Below are positions 23,171 through 34,078 of a stretch of DNA of 38,645 bases, in pieces. Where the stretch lies: assembly GCF_006345805.1 (NCBI RefSeq), contig NW_021831912.1:1-38645 (forward strand). Reading direction: 5' to 3'. The position numbers and the translations under genes are program-made. Source of the stretch: Octopus sinensis. Its lineage: Eukaryota. The stretch's first letter is position 1. Each line of letters opens with the position of its first letter. The notes under the pieces are model-generated. The model worked only from the letters and a program-made list of their open reading frames with translations, ran no database searches and was not told the DNA's origin.

Positions 23171-24083
23171 TCAGCCGAAATTGCTAAGGATGATCTGGTT
23201 CTTGACTGATGACTGAGGGCTTCGAATGTCCCGTCCTGTGGTTCTTGTGTCGTCTCTGTGGTGTTTCATGTTCTGTCCATGTCTGTAATTATTTTTACTG
23301 TTTACCTATATAATCGGCGGCTACTAATCCACAATTGTCCTTATACGATAAGTATATTTTTTCTCTAGCATTGATACGACTCTTAATCTGTCTCTTTTTC
23401 TCTCTCTCTCTCCTCCCTTATTCCCCTTCCTTTCTTTCCCTCTCCATCCGTCTCCCCCCCCTTCTACGTTTCTCTATCTCTCTCACCTCCAGCCCCCTCG
23501 ATCTGTCTCTTTCTTCTCCTCCCTCGTCCACCTTCTCTCTCTTTTCATCTGTCCCTTTCTCCTGTCTTTTGTTCTCACGTGACCGCTAGCCGCTGTTGAG
23601 CGCTCTTTTCGTTTTCAGCAGTCGCAGAAGCAACACGTATTTGTTCGTCTCCCCGTGGCCATTAGGCACAACTTCACAAGCCAGCCCATACTCAACTCGT
23701 CCTGTCGAAAGACCCTTGTCCCTACGTCCTGGTTTTGTTTTGTTTGTTTATTTTTTATTTTTATACCGTTATTGTTTTTATACGTTTTTGTATTCTTATT
23801 GGTGTCACGTATTCTGTATTTTTGTTTTGTGTACTTCGTTCGTTTTCCGTCCTCGCGTTGTATACATTCGAAGCTTTCTTCCAGGGGACTAATGCGCTTG
23901 GCTTAATTTCCCTTGGCGGGCTGGCCATATCGGAGCAATCTCAAGATTATCAGCCGAAATTGCTAAGATGATCTGGTTCTTGACTGATGACTGAGGGCTT
24001 CGAATGTCCCGTCCGTGGTTTCTTGTGTCGTCTCTGTGTTTTTCCTGTCTTGTCCATGTCTAATTATTTTTACTGTTTACCTA
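23171..24083. mobile_element. LTR-like non-autonomous element: ~135-bp direct repeats around a 641-bp ORF-less interior, (TA)n on both sides
   Basis: 23171-23308 closely matches 23950-24083 (TCAGCCGAAATTGCTAAG...TTTACTGTTTACCTA). No TG..CA termini and no evident PBS or PPT. Confidence 0.75.
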
Positions 24084-25240
24084 TATATATATATCTATAT
24101 ATATATATATATATGGTGTGTGTATGAGGGTATGTAGACATGTATAGGGTCAATAAGAAGTATCAATCAATGGAAGTTGACGGGCAGAATTAAGAAACAG
24201 CAGACCGGAGTTCCTACGGTTCCAGTTCTTTGCATTCCGAGTTCAAATGATGCTGTGGCCATCTCGGGTTAGAATCAATCTGTTGCCGATTTTCACATCA
24301 TCATCTGACTTCTAGGGTGCCCTTTAAGGAGTCTACTCTGCTGCAAGCATTCGAGCCAGGTTTTCCCCCTCATTTTCACGAGTAAAAGTGTATTGAACAA
24401 AGAGTCACGTGCACTTCCATTCCCACCTCCGTGCTAAATGCTAAAAAAAAATATCTTCACTCTCGGGACCAGATCAGATGGCTTCTAGAGTGGCCTCTGC
24501 TAAGGGTATTCCAGAACCAGGTAGATGGTTGCGTTAAACTGAACTGCTGTTTAAGTCTACCGAACTCGTCTGGTTTTAGTTAACATGTAGTTTTATACTA
24601 AGCGTAGTTCGGTGGATCTCAGCTGCCATTTCTGAAATACTTACAAGTAGTTCCATATGGACGAAGTATAACTAAGGGGTTCTATTAATAAAATCAATGG
24701 ATTTCACTGATTCTTTTTATGTTCTCTTCATGAAATTATGGGATGTCAGTGTCGTCATTTCCGGTCAATTTCATTTCATTTTCTAACGCCAAATGTTAAC
24801 CCTGAGCTTCACTTAAACATTTAAAAAATGCTTTTGTTTTTCATTTGTTTTTCTTTTATAATTCAACGGTTGAGGTGGTTGACACCTTCTCACTTGCCAT
24901 TTCCCACTTAATGTTCTGACAGAAATAAAAAGAAAAAAAATTAACACTATTTTATTTATTTATTTATTTGCTACTTTTTGTTTTTAAACACCACGGGGCA
25001 CCAACAATTGTTTAGAGAAGATCTGGTGTGAGTTAAATAAAACAGATGTTATTGACAAGGAATGTGTCACAAGCAGATCATAAGACCCCGCTGGTTTGTA
25101 AAATACTATTACTACTACTACTACGACGACGGCGACGAAAATAATGATAGTTACAACATAAACGATAATAATAACAACAACAACAATAATAGCAATAATT
25201 ATTATTATTATATCAAATTTGGGTACAAGGCCAATAATTT

Positions 25241-25408
25241 TAGGGGATAAAGCAATTGGATTATACGTGCCCTAGTACATTACTTTTTATCGAGCCGGAG
25301 GAATGAAAGGTAGAGTTGACCCAGACGGGATTTGAACACAGAGAGTAAAGCACCGGAAGAAATAATTCTACGCTTTTTGTCCGATGCTATAACGATTCTA
25401 CCAGCTCA
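25241..25408 (-). mobile_element. SINE family 2, diverged
   Basis: Reverse complement resembles the 30498-30720 copy (GTTCAAATCCCG..GTCAAC..CCTTTCATTCC). Confidence 0.65.
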
Positions 25409-25523
25409 CCACCTTGACAACAACAGTCCTTTCTTCTACAGGCACAGGCCTGAAATTTTGGGGTAGAGAAGTAATCGATTAGGTCGATCTTCAGTGTGCA
25501 ACTAGTATTTATTTCGGTACTTT

Positions 25524-25939
25524 TTGGTTATCTCACCCCCATTAAAAAATTGGGTTATCTCCCCCAATTAAAAAAAAATTGTTTAATCTCCAATAAAACA
25601 AAAAAAAATGAAAAAGTTAAATAACAGGAAAAGCGAAACGATTAAACGTCTTATTGAATCTGATAATATTTTTTAATAACAAAACTGAAAAAATAAATAT
25701 AAACATGAAAACTGAAAAATTAATAAACTGAAAAATTTTAAACATCTTATTGAATCTAATAATATTTTTATAACAAATCATACCATGAGGAGGCCAAACG
25801 TCAACAAATATGTTGAAGAATTGAATTAAAAGGATTTAACTCTTTTAATTTAATCTCTTGTCACCACATAAACTCAATATTTTAGTGGGGAGATAACCCA
25901 ATTTTTAATGGACTTTTTTAATGGGGTTGATATAAACAA
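25524..25939. repeat. Degenerate MITE-like element with ~50-bp inverted ends and an internal ~40-bp direct repeat
   Basis: AAAAATTGGGTTATCTCCCC / GGGGAGATAACCCAATTTTT. TCTTATTGAATCT(G/A)ATAATATTTTTT occurs twice. Confidence 0.55.
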
Positions 25940-26131
25940 ATTGTAGAAAATTACTATTTTTAAATCTCACAACGAGAGACATTCAGCAACAGTACTTATT
26001 CGAAAATATAAGGACACAGATCGTGTCGTATAGCCAGCAGGAGACGATGTCTCCTGGGGCTAAATTACAGCAATATTCGTCCCAAACCAGGACTGCCATG
26101 TTATGTTGGCAAAAAATCTTTACTCTAACCA

Positions 26132-26270
26132 AAATGTACCTTTATTTCATCGACCCCGAGGGGATAAAAGGCAAAGCCGATCTCGACGAAATTTGAATCC
26201 AAAACGTAGAGACGGACGAAATGCCGCTAAACGTTTTCTCCGGCGTGCTAACGATCCGCCAGTTCCTCGC
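26132..26270 (-). mobile_element. SINE family 2, partial
   Basis: Reverse complement GTTAGCACGCCGGAGAAAACGTTTAGCGGCATTTCGTCCG...TTCAAATTTCGTCGAG. Confidence 0.75.
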
Positions 26271-26540
26271 TCTAAATAATGTAGATTGATAATAAAATTC
26301 AAAACTCAATGGAAGAGCAAAAGTTTATTCACAAGGAACGCTTTAACATATGACTCTGTGGTATTTGGATTGGAGAGCGGCAGAACTATATTTCTTAGTT
26401 GTAAATACGAGAATCCTATTAAAAAGAAATAACACATATTCGCACAAAATTTGACACCCAAGAATTTGGAGACCCCCTACTAAAGAGATTAAGGGAGCAA
26501 TGTACGAGTGCAGTCGTTAGTTTTAACTTCTTTTTTTCTA

Positions 26541-26786
26541 ACTCTTACTCTTTACTTGTTTCAGTCATTTGACTGCGGCCATGCTGGAGCACCGCCTTTA
26601 ATCGAGCAACTCGATCCCGGGACTTATTCTTTGTAAGCCCAGTACTTAATGTATCGGTCTCTTTTGCCGAACGCTAAGTGACGGGGACATAACACACCAG
26701 CATCGGTTGTCAAGCAATGCTAGGGGGACAAACACAGACACACAGGCCACACACACACACACACACACACCAGCACATACACACAC

Positions 26787-26834
<48 letters not shown>

Positions 26835-27036
26835 ATATATATATTATATATATATATATATATATACATAATAGACGGGCTTCTTTCAGTTTCTGTCTAC
26901 CAAATCCACTCACAAGGATTTGGTCGGCCCGAGGCTATAGTAGAAGACACTTGCCCAAGGTGCCACACAGTGGGACTGAACCCGGAACCATGTGGCTGGT
27001 AAACAAGCTACTTACCACGCAGCCACTCCTGCGCCT
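26541..27036 (-). mobile_element. tRNA-derived SINE, family 1 (full length)
   Basis: Complete head, central domain, microsatellite and 3' body. Confidence 0.9.
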
Positions 27037-27767
27037 ATAAGATTTGCTACATAACCTTTGTTAGTTATGTTTAAAAGAAGACTTACATATCGATTACAAC
27101 TGCCGTATCAAACTTCTCACATGAAACTGATTTATAGATCGAACTGCTACAGTATGAACATGAAGCAGCTGCAACAACTGAGAGTATATAGGCCAAGCAT
27201 TGTAAATAGTGACAGAATATAGGTCATCTATTGCGAACAATCACATGTCTTTTGTAAGGTAGTACTATCTCGAGTCCTAACACTCATAAGTGTCTCCTCC
27301 ACATATAAATATAAAGCTATCTCTGTCCAGGATGTACAAATCATGCCTTAGTGTCGGGGCAAGACAGTATTTACAATAAGGCTAACGTCTCTACATAATA
27401 TGAAAAGAATGTTCACGACTCCTAATAATATACGAAATAAATTATACTTATATAGAACAGTATGACACATTCTATCTAGCCATATATACCTCCACACAAG
27501 CTCCAACAAAATATACTTGGAAACACAATGATGTATTAATAGCAAACCTTTTCTACATCTGTCCCGTTTTCAAATATCAACCAATTGGAGAGTAAGCTCT
27601 CTAGTTCTTTTATGAACCTCCGTCTGTCTTAGAAAATGACAATGTGGAACATTAGCAAATGAATAGATCATCATTTAATACTTAATAAACCAGACATCGT
27701 TCCCCTTTTACATTATTTACATTATTTACATTTGACAGATATTTGTCCTCACCTTGTTTACTGTTAG

Positions 27768-27809
27768 CACAACGTTTCGGCTGATGTACCCTCCTGCCTT
27801 CATCAGGTG
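27768..27809 (-). ncRNA. Minimal type I hammerhead candidate
   Basis: CAC CTGATGA A GGC-14 nt-GCC GAA ACGT T GTG. Extra A after A9, 4-nt palindromic stem III, weak 3-bp stem I. Confidence 0.5.
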
Positions 27810-27885
27810 TCTTGGGGGAAATTTTGAACCTGGGTTCTCATTCCTAAGGTATTATTCGATGTTATTACCATTACACCATATGCCC

Positions 27886-28011
27886 GTAGCATATGGCGTA
27901 GTGGTTAAGAGCGCGGGCTACTAACCCCAAGATTCCGAGTTCGATTCCAGGCAGTGACCTGAATAATATAATAATAATAATAATAATATAATAATATAAT
28001 AATAATAATAA
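27886..28011 (+). mobile_element. Short tRNA-head SINE with (TAA)n tail
   Basis: A box TGGCGTAGTGG (27894), B box GAGTTCGATTCC (27937). The acceptor stem does not close and the T stem is mismatched, so it is not a functional tRNA. Confidence 0.7.
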
Positions 28012-28059
28012 ACACACTGCTAGGAACCGCTCGAATACGCCGGAAGGTGCTCGAAAAAT

Positions 28060-28137
28060 AAGAGGTGTTATCTTAGTTCACTGGTAGTGAACAGCTGACA
28101 CTGTAGTACATCTCCAGCGTTAGAAGCTGTGCAAGGC

Positions 28138-28214
<77 letters not shown>

Positions 28215-28520
28215 ACAATAACAATAATAATAATACTTTTTCTTGCCTGTCCCAAACAACAATATCCGGTCTGTTATGCTTACACTTCACAGTTGCTTTG
28301 ATGGTAACGTTCCACTAGTGCTCGTGGTGCTGATATTTGTGTGCATATTCAATAATGAGGATTCTCTATATTTATTCCAGGACAGTCTTTTGTCCTGAAT
28401 GGTATTGTATATTGTTTTTTGTGACAACATCATGTCGCATAGGGAGGTATTGCTTTTATGGCATTTTTAGGCAGTTGCTAATTACATATGTGATGTCTTC
28501 CACGAAAACACGACATAATC
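28060..28520 (-). pseudogene. RLE endonuclease fragment of an R4/Dong-like LINE, split by an (AAT)n/(AAC)n tract
   Basis: VEDITYVISNCLKM..QYLPMRHDVVTK...WNVTIKATVKCKHNRPDIVVWDRQEK (RHD and RPD motifs). Stops present. Confidence 0.8.
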
Positions 28521-29024
28521 AATCGTGATCTACATTTTAGATTGCATCTTATATATGTATGCATGTATGTATGGATGTATGTATGAATGGATGGATGGAT
28601 GGATGGATGGATGGATGATGGATGGATGGATGGATGGATGGATGGATGCCCTGTCTCCTCGGTTATTTTGTCACTAGCTCAAGAAGTCAGAGACGAGACT
28701 GTAAAGTTACTGATCCGACACCGTTCTTCCTCGAACTTCTCCCAACTTCAAACAGACGGCGATCCTGTTGTTACGGCGGCTGGGGCATCACGTGTGCCAA
28801 CGAAATCGAAATAACACAATTTCCGCTGCTTCACCGCAGCCCGGAAATTGTGCTGTTGCTAGGAGCAGTTATGAATCTCCCGTTGTTTACGCGGCTGCAT
28901 CCGCCGTTCATGTCGTGTCTTAGAGTGCAGTCTAAATCATCTTCGAAAACGAAAGTCGGGCGACTATGGCTGTAAAAGAAAAGCGGTATTAGATAACGAT
29001 AGTATTGTTACTTCAGGGCGCAAG

Positions 29025-29230
29025 GCCGCAATCTGGTAGAGTCGTAAGCCCGCCGGGCAAAATACTTGCTTTACGGCATACGTAAAATGCTTAGTAGTAT
29101 TTCGTCCGTTCTGAGTTCCAATTCGGGACCGATAATGTAAAGTACCAGTAAAGTATGGAGTCGATGAAACCAATCAGCGGAACTCTTTTAAAAGATTGCT
29201 GGCCTTGTACCTAAATTAGAAGGAATTATT
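29025..29230 (+). mobile_element. SINE family 2, diverged
   Basis: AAATGCTTAGTAGTATTTCGTCCGTTCTGAGTTCCAATTC...TGCTGGCCTTGTACCTAAATTAGAAAGG. Confidence 0.65.
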
Positions 29231-29321
29231 CTTTCAAGGCGTGGCTATTTTGTTAGACACGAGTCCCGGTCTCAGCTACCTACGGCTGACTACACCTAAA
29301 AAGAGCCTTTGTCCAGAGTCC

Positions 29322-29450
29322 TAAGTTCTCAGATTTCAATGTTGTAGAAATACCAGGTTATGATTAAGTTTCTCAGATTTCAATGTTGTAGAAATACCAG
29401 GTTATGATTAAGTTTCAATGTTGTAGAAGTACCAGGTTATGATTAAGTTT
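29322..29450. repeat. Tandem repeat, ~44-bp unit, about 2.8 copies
   Basis: TTCTCAGATTTCAATGTTGTAGAAATACCAGGTTATGATTAAGT repeated; the third unit has lost 9 bp. Confidence 0.9.
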
Positions 29451-30497
29451 TACTCGACAGTCTTTATAGAGACGACGCGGTGATCAAAATACTAATGGTT
29501 GCACGACCATTCATTGATACCTCAGATTTACAGTGATTTAAAATCCTAATCAAATTGATAAAAATAGCGGAGTAAATTGAGATTCAATTGAAAATTATGG
29601 TTAACACCAGCCATGGAACGCAAGAAATGGTATATAGAGACAAAGGTGGTTCTTACGAATTGTTACTAGCAAAAACAAATGGATATTTTTTTTTTAAAAT
29701 CTGCCTCGAATTTAAAGACTTGTTAGGCCGGAGATTACCCAGAGTTTAAGCACGAATGCACAAGAATCAGCTCTGAAGAGGATGCTAGTTTTTTGCATGA
29801 GATGTCACTGAGTATCCAGGAGTAACGTGCAATAAAATGTCTTGCTCATTGAAACATTGCACCGTCCGGTCCTCGAATTCAAGGATGAGGCCCCGGAAAA
29901 AGATTGTAAAATGTACAAAGAGTAAAAAAAAAAAGGAAGCTTATCTTGATGAAACGGAACAAAAGAATTTATGTCTGACATAAAAAGAGTGAGGAAAAAA
30001 TTATTGTTGACTGGTAGAGTTTGTGTGTGATGGTGGTGGGGGTGCTGAGCTATGCTAGTCTCTGCGACTAGAATGAAATTTCGATTAAGAACATCTCTTC
30101 ATGCGGTATTCAATACAGCAACCTTTAACAAAGAATCAAAGGAAGAATAAGCGATGGAAAATAAGCATTCATTGCTGCTGGAATCCGAAGATCGAGACTT
30201 TGGGGTCCTCGAAATATTGTTTAAAGTCATGACAGCTGTGATACAATATATCTAAGACGTTCCTGCCTTCTTATCCTTTAATACTGTGTCATCTCTGATG
30301 GAGAAGACTTGAGACTTCCCTGTCTTTCTTACTTACAACTACATTATTTGCCATGTTCTTCCTTTTCAAGATTTGAGATGACGAAAAACAACGGCAATAT
30401 CACCATCAAGACGCTGAAACAGCCACTAAGAGTTACTTAAATTGTTAGAAATAGCCACAAAATTATCCTAATACTGTTCAAATATAATATTATGTCA

Positions 30498-31480
30498 CAG
30501 CAGGTAGAAGCGTTAGTACGCCGGGCGAAATGCTTAGCGGTATTTCGTCTGCCGCTACGTTCTGAGTTCAAATTCCGCCGAGGTCGACTTCGCCTTTCAT
30601 CCTTTCGGGGTTGATTAAATAAGAACAGTTACGCAATGGGGTCGATATAATCGACTTTAACCATGTCTGTTCTTGTTTGTCCTCTCTGTGTTTAGCCCCT
30701 TGTGGGTAGTAAAGAAATAGTTATTTCGTCTGCCGCTACGTTCTGAGTTCAAATTCCGCCGATGTCGACTTTGCTTTTCATCCTTTCGGGGTCGATTAAA
30801 TAAGTACTAGTTACGCACTGGGGTTGATATAATCGACTTAATCCATTTGTCTGTCCTTGTTTGTCCTCAAGAAATACGTATTTCGTCTGTCATTTCGTTC
30901 TGAGTTCAAATCCCACCGATGTCGACTTTGCCTTTCGTCCTTTCGGGGACGATAAATTAAGTACCTATTTTTTTACTACCCACAAGGGGCTAAACACAGA
31001 GAGGACAAACAAGGACAAACAAACGGATTAAGTCGATTATATCGACCCCAGTGCGTAACTGATACTTAATTTATCGACCCCGAAAGGATGAAAGGCAAAG
31101 TCGACCTCGGCGGAATTTGAACTCAGAACGTAGCGGCAGACGAAATACGGCTACGCATTTCGCCCGGTGTGCTAACGTTTCTGCCAGCAGCCGATAAATT
31201 AAGTACCAGTTGCATAATGTGGTCGATATAATCGACTGCCGTCATATCCGAAAATTTCGGGCCCTGTGCCTAGAGTAGAAAGGCATCGTTAGCACGTTGG
31301 ACGAAAAGTTTAGCGGTATTTCGTCTGTCTTTACGTTCTGAGTTCAAATTCCGCCGAGGTCGACTTTGCATTTCATCCTTTCGGGGTCGATAAAATAAGT
31401 TGAACACTGGGGTCGGTGCAATCAACTTATCCGTCCCCTGAAATTGCTGGCCTTGTGCCAAAATTTGAAACCAATATAAT
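30498..31480. mobile_element. Cluster of six SINE family 2 copies or fragments (five plus-strand, one full minus-strand copy at 30968-31190)
   Basis: TATTTCGTCTG..GTTCTGAGTTCAAAT(T/C)CC..GTCGACTT(T/C)GC recurs at about 30541, 30722, 30880 and 31317 on plus, and inverted at about 31100-31150. Confidence 0.88.
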
Positions 31481-32521
31481 ATCACCAAGGCTACGTTATC
31501 CATTCTCATTGGACGATGCAGCGCTAAACACACTGCGTCTGAAGAGAGGTGGACAGGTTGTGGCTGGAAAGCAACTTGGCCATAGTTCTGTCGAATCAGA
31601 TTCAAGTCTAAACAACATTAACAGCAGCAACAATATTATAATGATACCTTTGTGAATCTCAATTTGTGATCGAAATAGAGCAGGTATCCGCTGTTTGAAC
31701 TCGGTCCAAAATCTGTCGCTTTCTGAGTGTGTGTAGCACCGAATACCTCACATTTAGTTTGCTTGTACTGCAGTTTCCATAAAAGCATCTAAAAGTGTCT
31801 GTTTTACGTATACTATTGAATTCTAAAGCATAACTAATCTCTTTGCTTCATAGGTAATTAGCTCAGACACTTAAAACTGCCTAGCGTTAGGTATCTGTTA
31901 CGGCAAGTTACACAAAAAAAACGCAAGTGCCCACACATACGCCCACATACACACCTGTGCACACACGCATAGAGACCCTCAATGTAGAGTGAGGTACTAG
32001 CTAATAAAAGTTTTTATCGTCCTTATATTTGCAGAAGGCAGTAGACTTCAATGAGATACTTCTGCGATCCGTTCACTTAAAAACCCTTGCAACAGAACAA
32101 AACAGATTCACCGTATCACTAAATTCATTCCACTTCGCTGACGACTGCATTCTTGCATAAAACCCTAAGATCCCACGGTGCGCGAAGAAATGTTTCTGTT
32201 TATATCATCATTTTTAGTATCTATGTTTAACCACGTATATTGAGCTTCTATTACTTAGAATAAAGAACTCAACGTAAAGGTCTGAGTGTCAATATCTTTA
32301 ATCTTCATTTGTGAGTCTAACGAAATACATTCTGTTGAAATCACGGCTTGGGATTAAACATCTTTAAACCGACATCTAGACATATGTACACATGTCAATA
32401 AATTTATACATTCAGATATGCATACATATTAATATACGCACGCATACAAACACAAGCATGCGCACATATACATAAGCACACACATGCATGTGTGTGTGCA
32501 TGCAAGATATATAATATATAT

Positions 32522-32554
<33 letters not shown>

Positions 32555-32636
32555 ATACGGGTAAAATTGATTAATTAGTATTAATAATTTTACCAAGCAG
32601 TGTTCAGTATGTAAAAAGACCATTTACGGTATATTT

Positions 32637-32811
32637 AAAACATTACTTTATATAATTAGGGTTCAGCAAAAAAATTTACTTTACCACACACCGAACTTTT
32701 AGAATAGCAGCCAAAGAATTTAGCTAAATTCTTTGGCTGCTAATTCTAGAAGTTCGGTGTGTGGTAAAGTAAATTTTTTTGCTGAACCCTAATTATATAA
32801 AGTTATGTTTT
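32637..32811. repeat. Spacer-less ~175-bp palindrome
   Basis: Arms of about 87 bp meet at TTTAG|CTAAA (32723/32724), with only a few mismatches or indels. Flanked by TA-rich tracts. Confidence 0.88.
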
Positions 32812-33570
32812 ATGTATTATATATATATACATTATATATATATATATATATAATATATATATATATATATTATATAAATGTATAATATATATATATATAT
32901 ATATTATTGATACACATATGTATCCAAGCATACATACAGAACCAGTGGCATAGTTACATACCTACTTAAAGAGTACGTACGTATACCAATATATATATAT
33001 ATATACAAACACATACACGCGTACTTACCCGTATACAAATACGAACATACGTACGTTAAAACATCCGCACAAACACATGCATATACTCATCCATACATCC
33101 ACACATACATACGTATACAAACACATATATAGAAGTCATTACTAAACGCACTGACATATCGTGAATATACGTGGTATTCTCATTATAGACAATTATATTC
33201 AGACAGTCGGTTCTGCAACAGTTACTAAGCACTAAATATATAAGTTTTCCAGACTTGTAGCCCCTTCGACGCTAAGGTAGACTTTGTTCCTTATGCTCCT
33301 GGTCTACCTCTACCACAGTCCTGCCTACCAAACATTTCTTTTTACTTTTTTTTCTTTTTCATGTTTAATATCTCATCACACGCCATGGATTCTTCTTTAT
33401 GTAGGTTAAACAGTTCTCTAGTTGACTAATCTTATATAAACACGTACTAGCTTGTATGTGTATATATATATATATATATATATGTAGGTCCCGGGTTGAG
33501 TCGGGGTTAACCACAGTAAATAAGGTACTCAAATACAATAGCAGAGTAAATTAATTTATCTTATAGAAGG

Positions 33571-33624
33571 AGCTTCTACAGGACTAGAACTGTTTCATTC
33601 AAATGAAATCATCATCAGGAAGCT
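33571..33624 (-). ncRNA. Type I hammerhead, near-canonical
   Basis: Stem I AGCTTC/GAAGCT; CTGATGA; stem II T-GATTT-cattt-GAAT (C11.1 apparently deleted); GAA; stem III ACAG-ttctagtc-CTGT; GUA. A ~90-nt 3' tail runs into (TA)n at about 33480. Confidence 0.65.
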
Positions 33625-34034
33625 TGCTGTCAAAATAAGATCTGGCATTATACATTTAGGCAGATTTAATGGGGTGGTGGTGGGGGACGTTTTTTGGGTA
33701 AGCAGGGCACAAACTGTCTTTCTTAGGGGAGTGGTCAAAAGAATCAGTGATAAAGTAAATAAATGAATAAATAGAATAATTGAATAGAGTTTTAGGTAAA
33801 ATAGAAGACTATCGCTTTTAGTCAGTTTTTGTTGTTGTTGTTATTAAGTGGAGGGAAGAAGTAGATATGTATACATAAAAGAACATATAAATAAATACAT
33901 ACAAACCCACATACATACACATGCGAATATCCATACACAATACATATACATATGCCCATGTATATACATACAGACACACACATACATACATATAAATACA
34001 CTAGCACACACATATATATATATTATATATATAT

Positions 34035-34078
<44 letters not shown>

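Noticed and set aside
23171-23235. Type II (permuted) hammerhead from GCCGAAA...CTGATGA
   Set aside because: Stem II register fails (C opposite C), and no convincing stem III, UH site or stem I could be drawn.
27886-27960. Functional tRNA (apparent ACT anticodon)
   Set aside because: No closed acceptor stem, mismatched T stem and a following (TAA)n tail; it is a SINE head.
29322-29450. CRISPR-like array
   Set aside because: Contiguous tandem units with no unique spacers, in eukaryotic DNA.
29770-29830. CTGAAGA followed by a GGATGC/GTATCC helix
   Set aside because: No GAAA follows; the downstream sequence is an unrelated SINE fragment.
32133-32188. CTTCG-CTGACGA-CTGCA/TGCA...CGAAG hammerhead-like match
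   Set aside because: TAAA replaces GAAA and the UH site is not adjacent to stem I.
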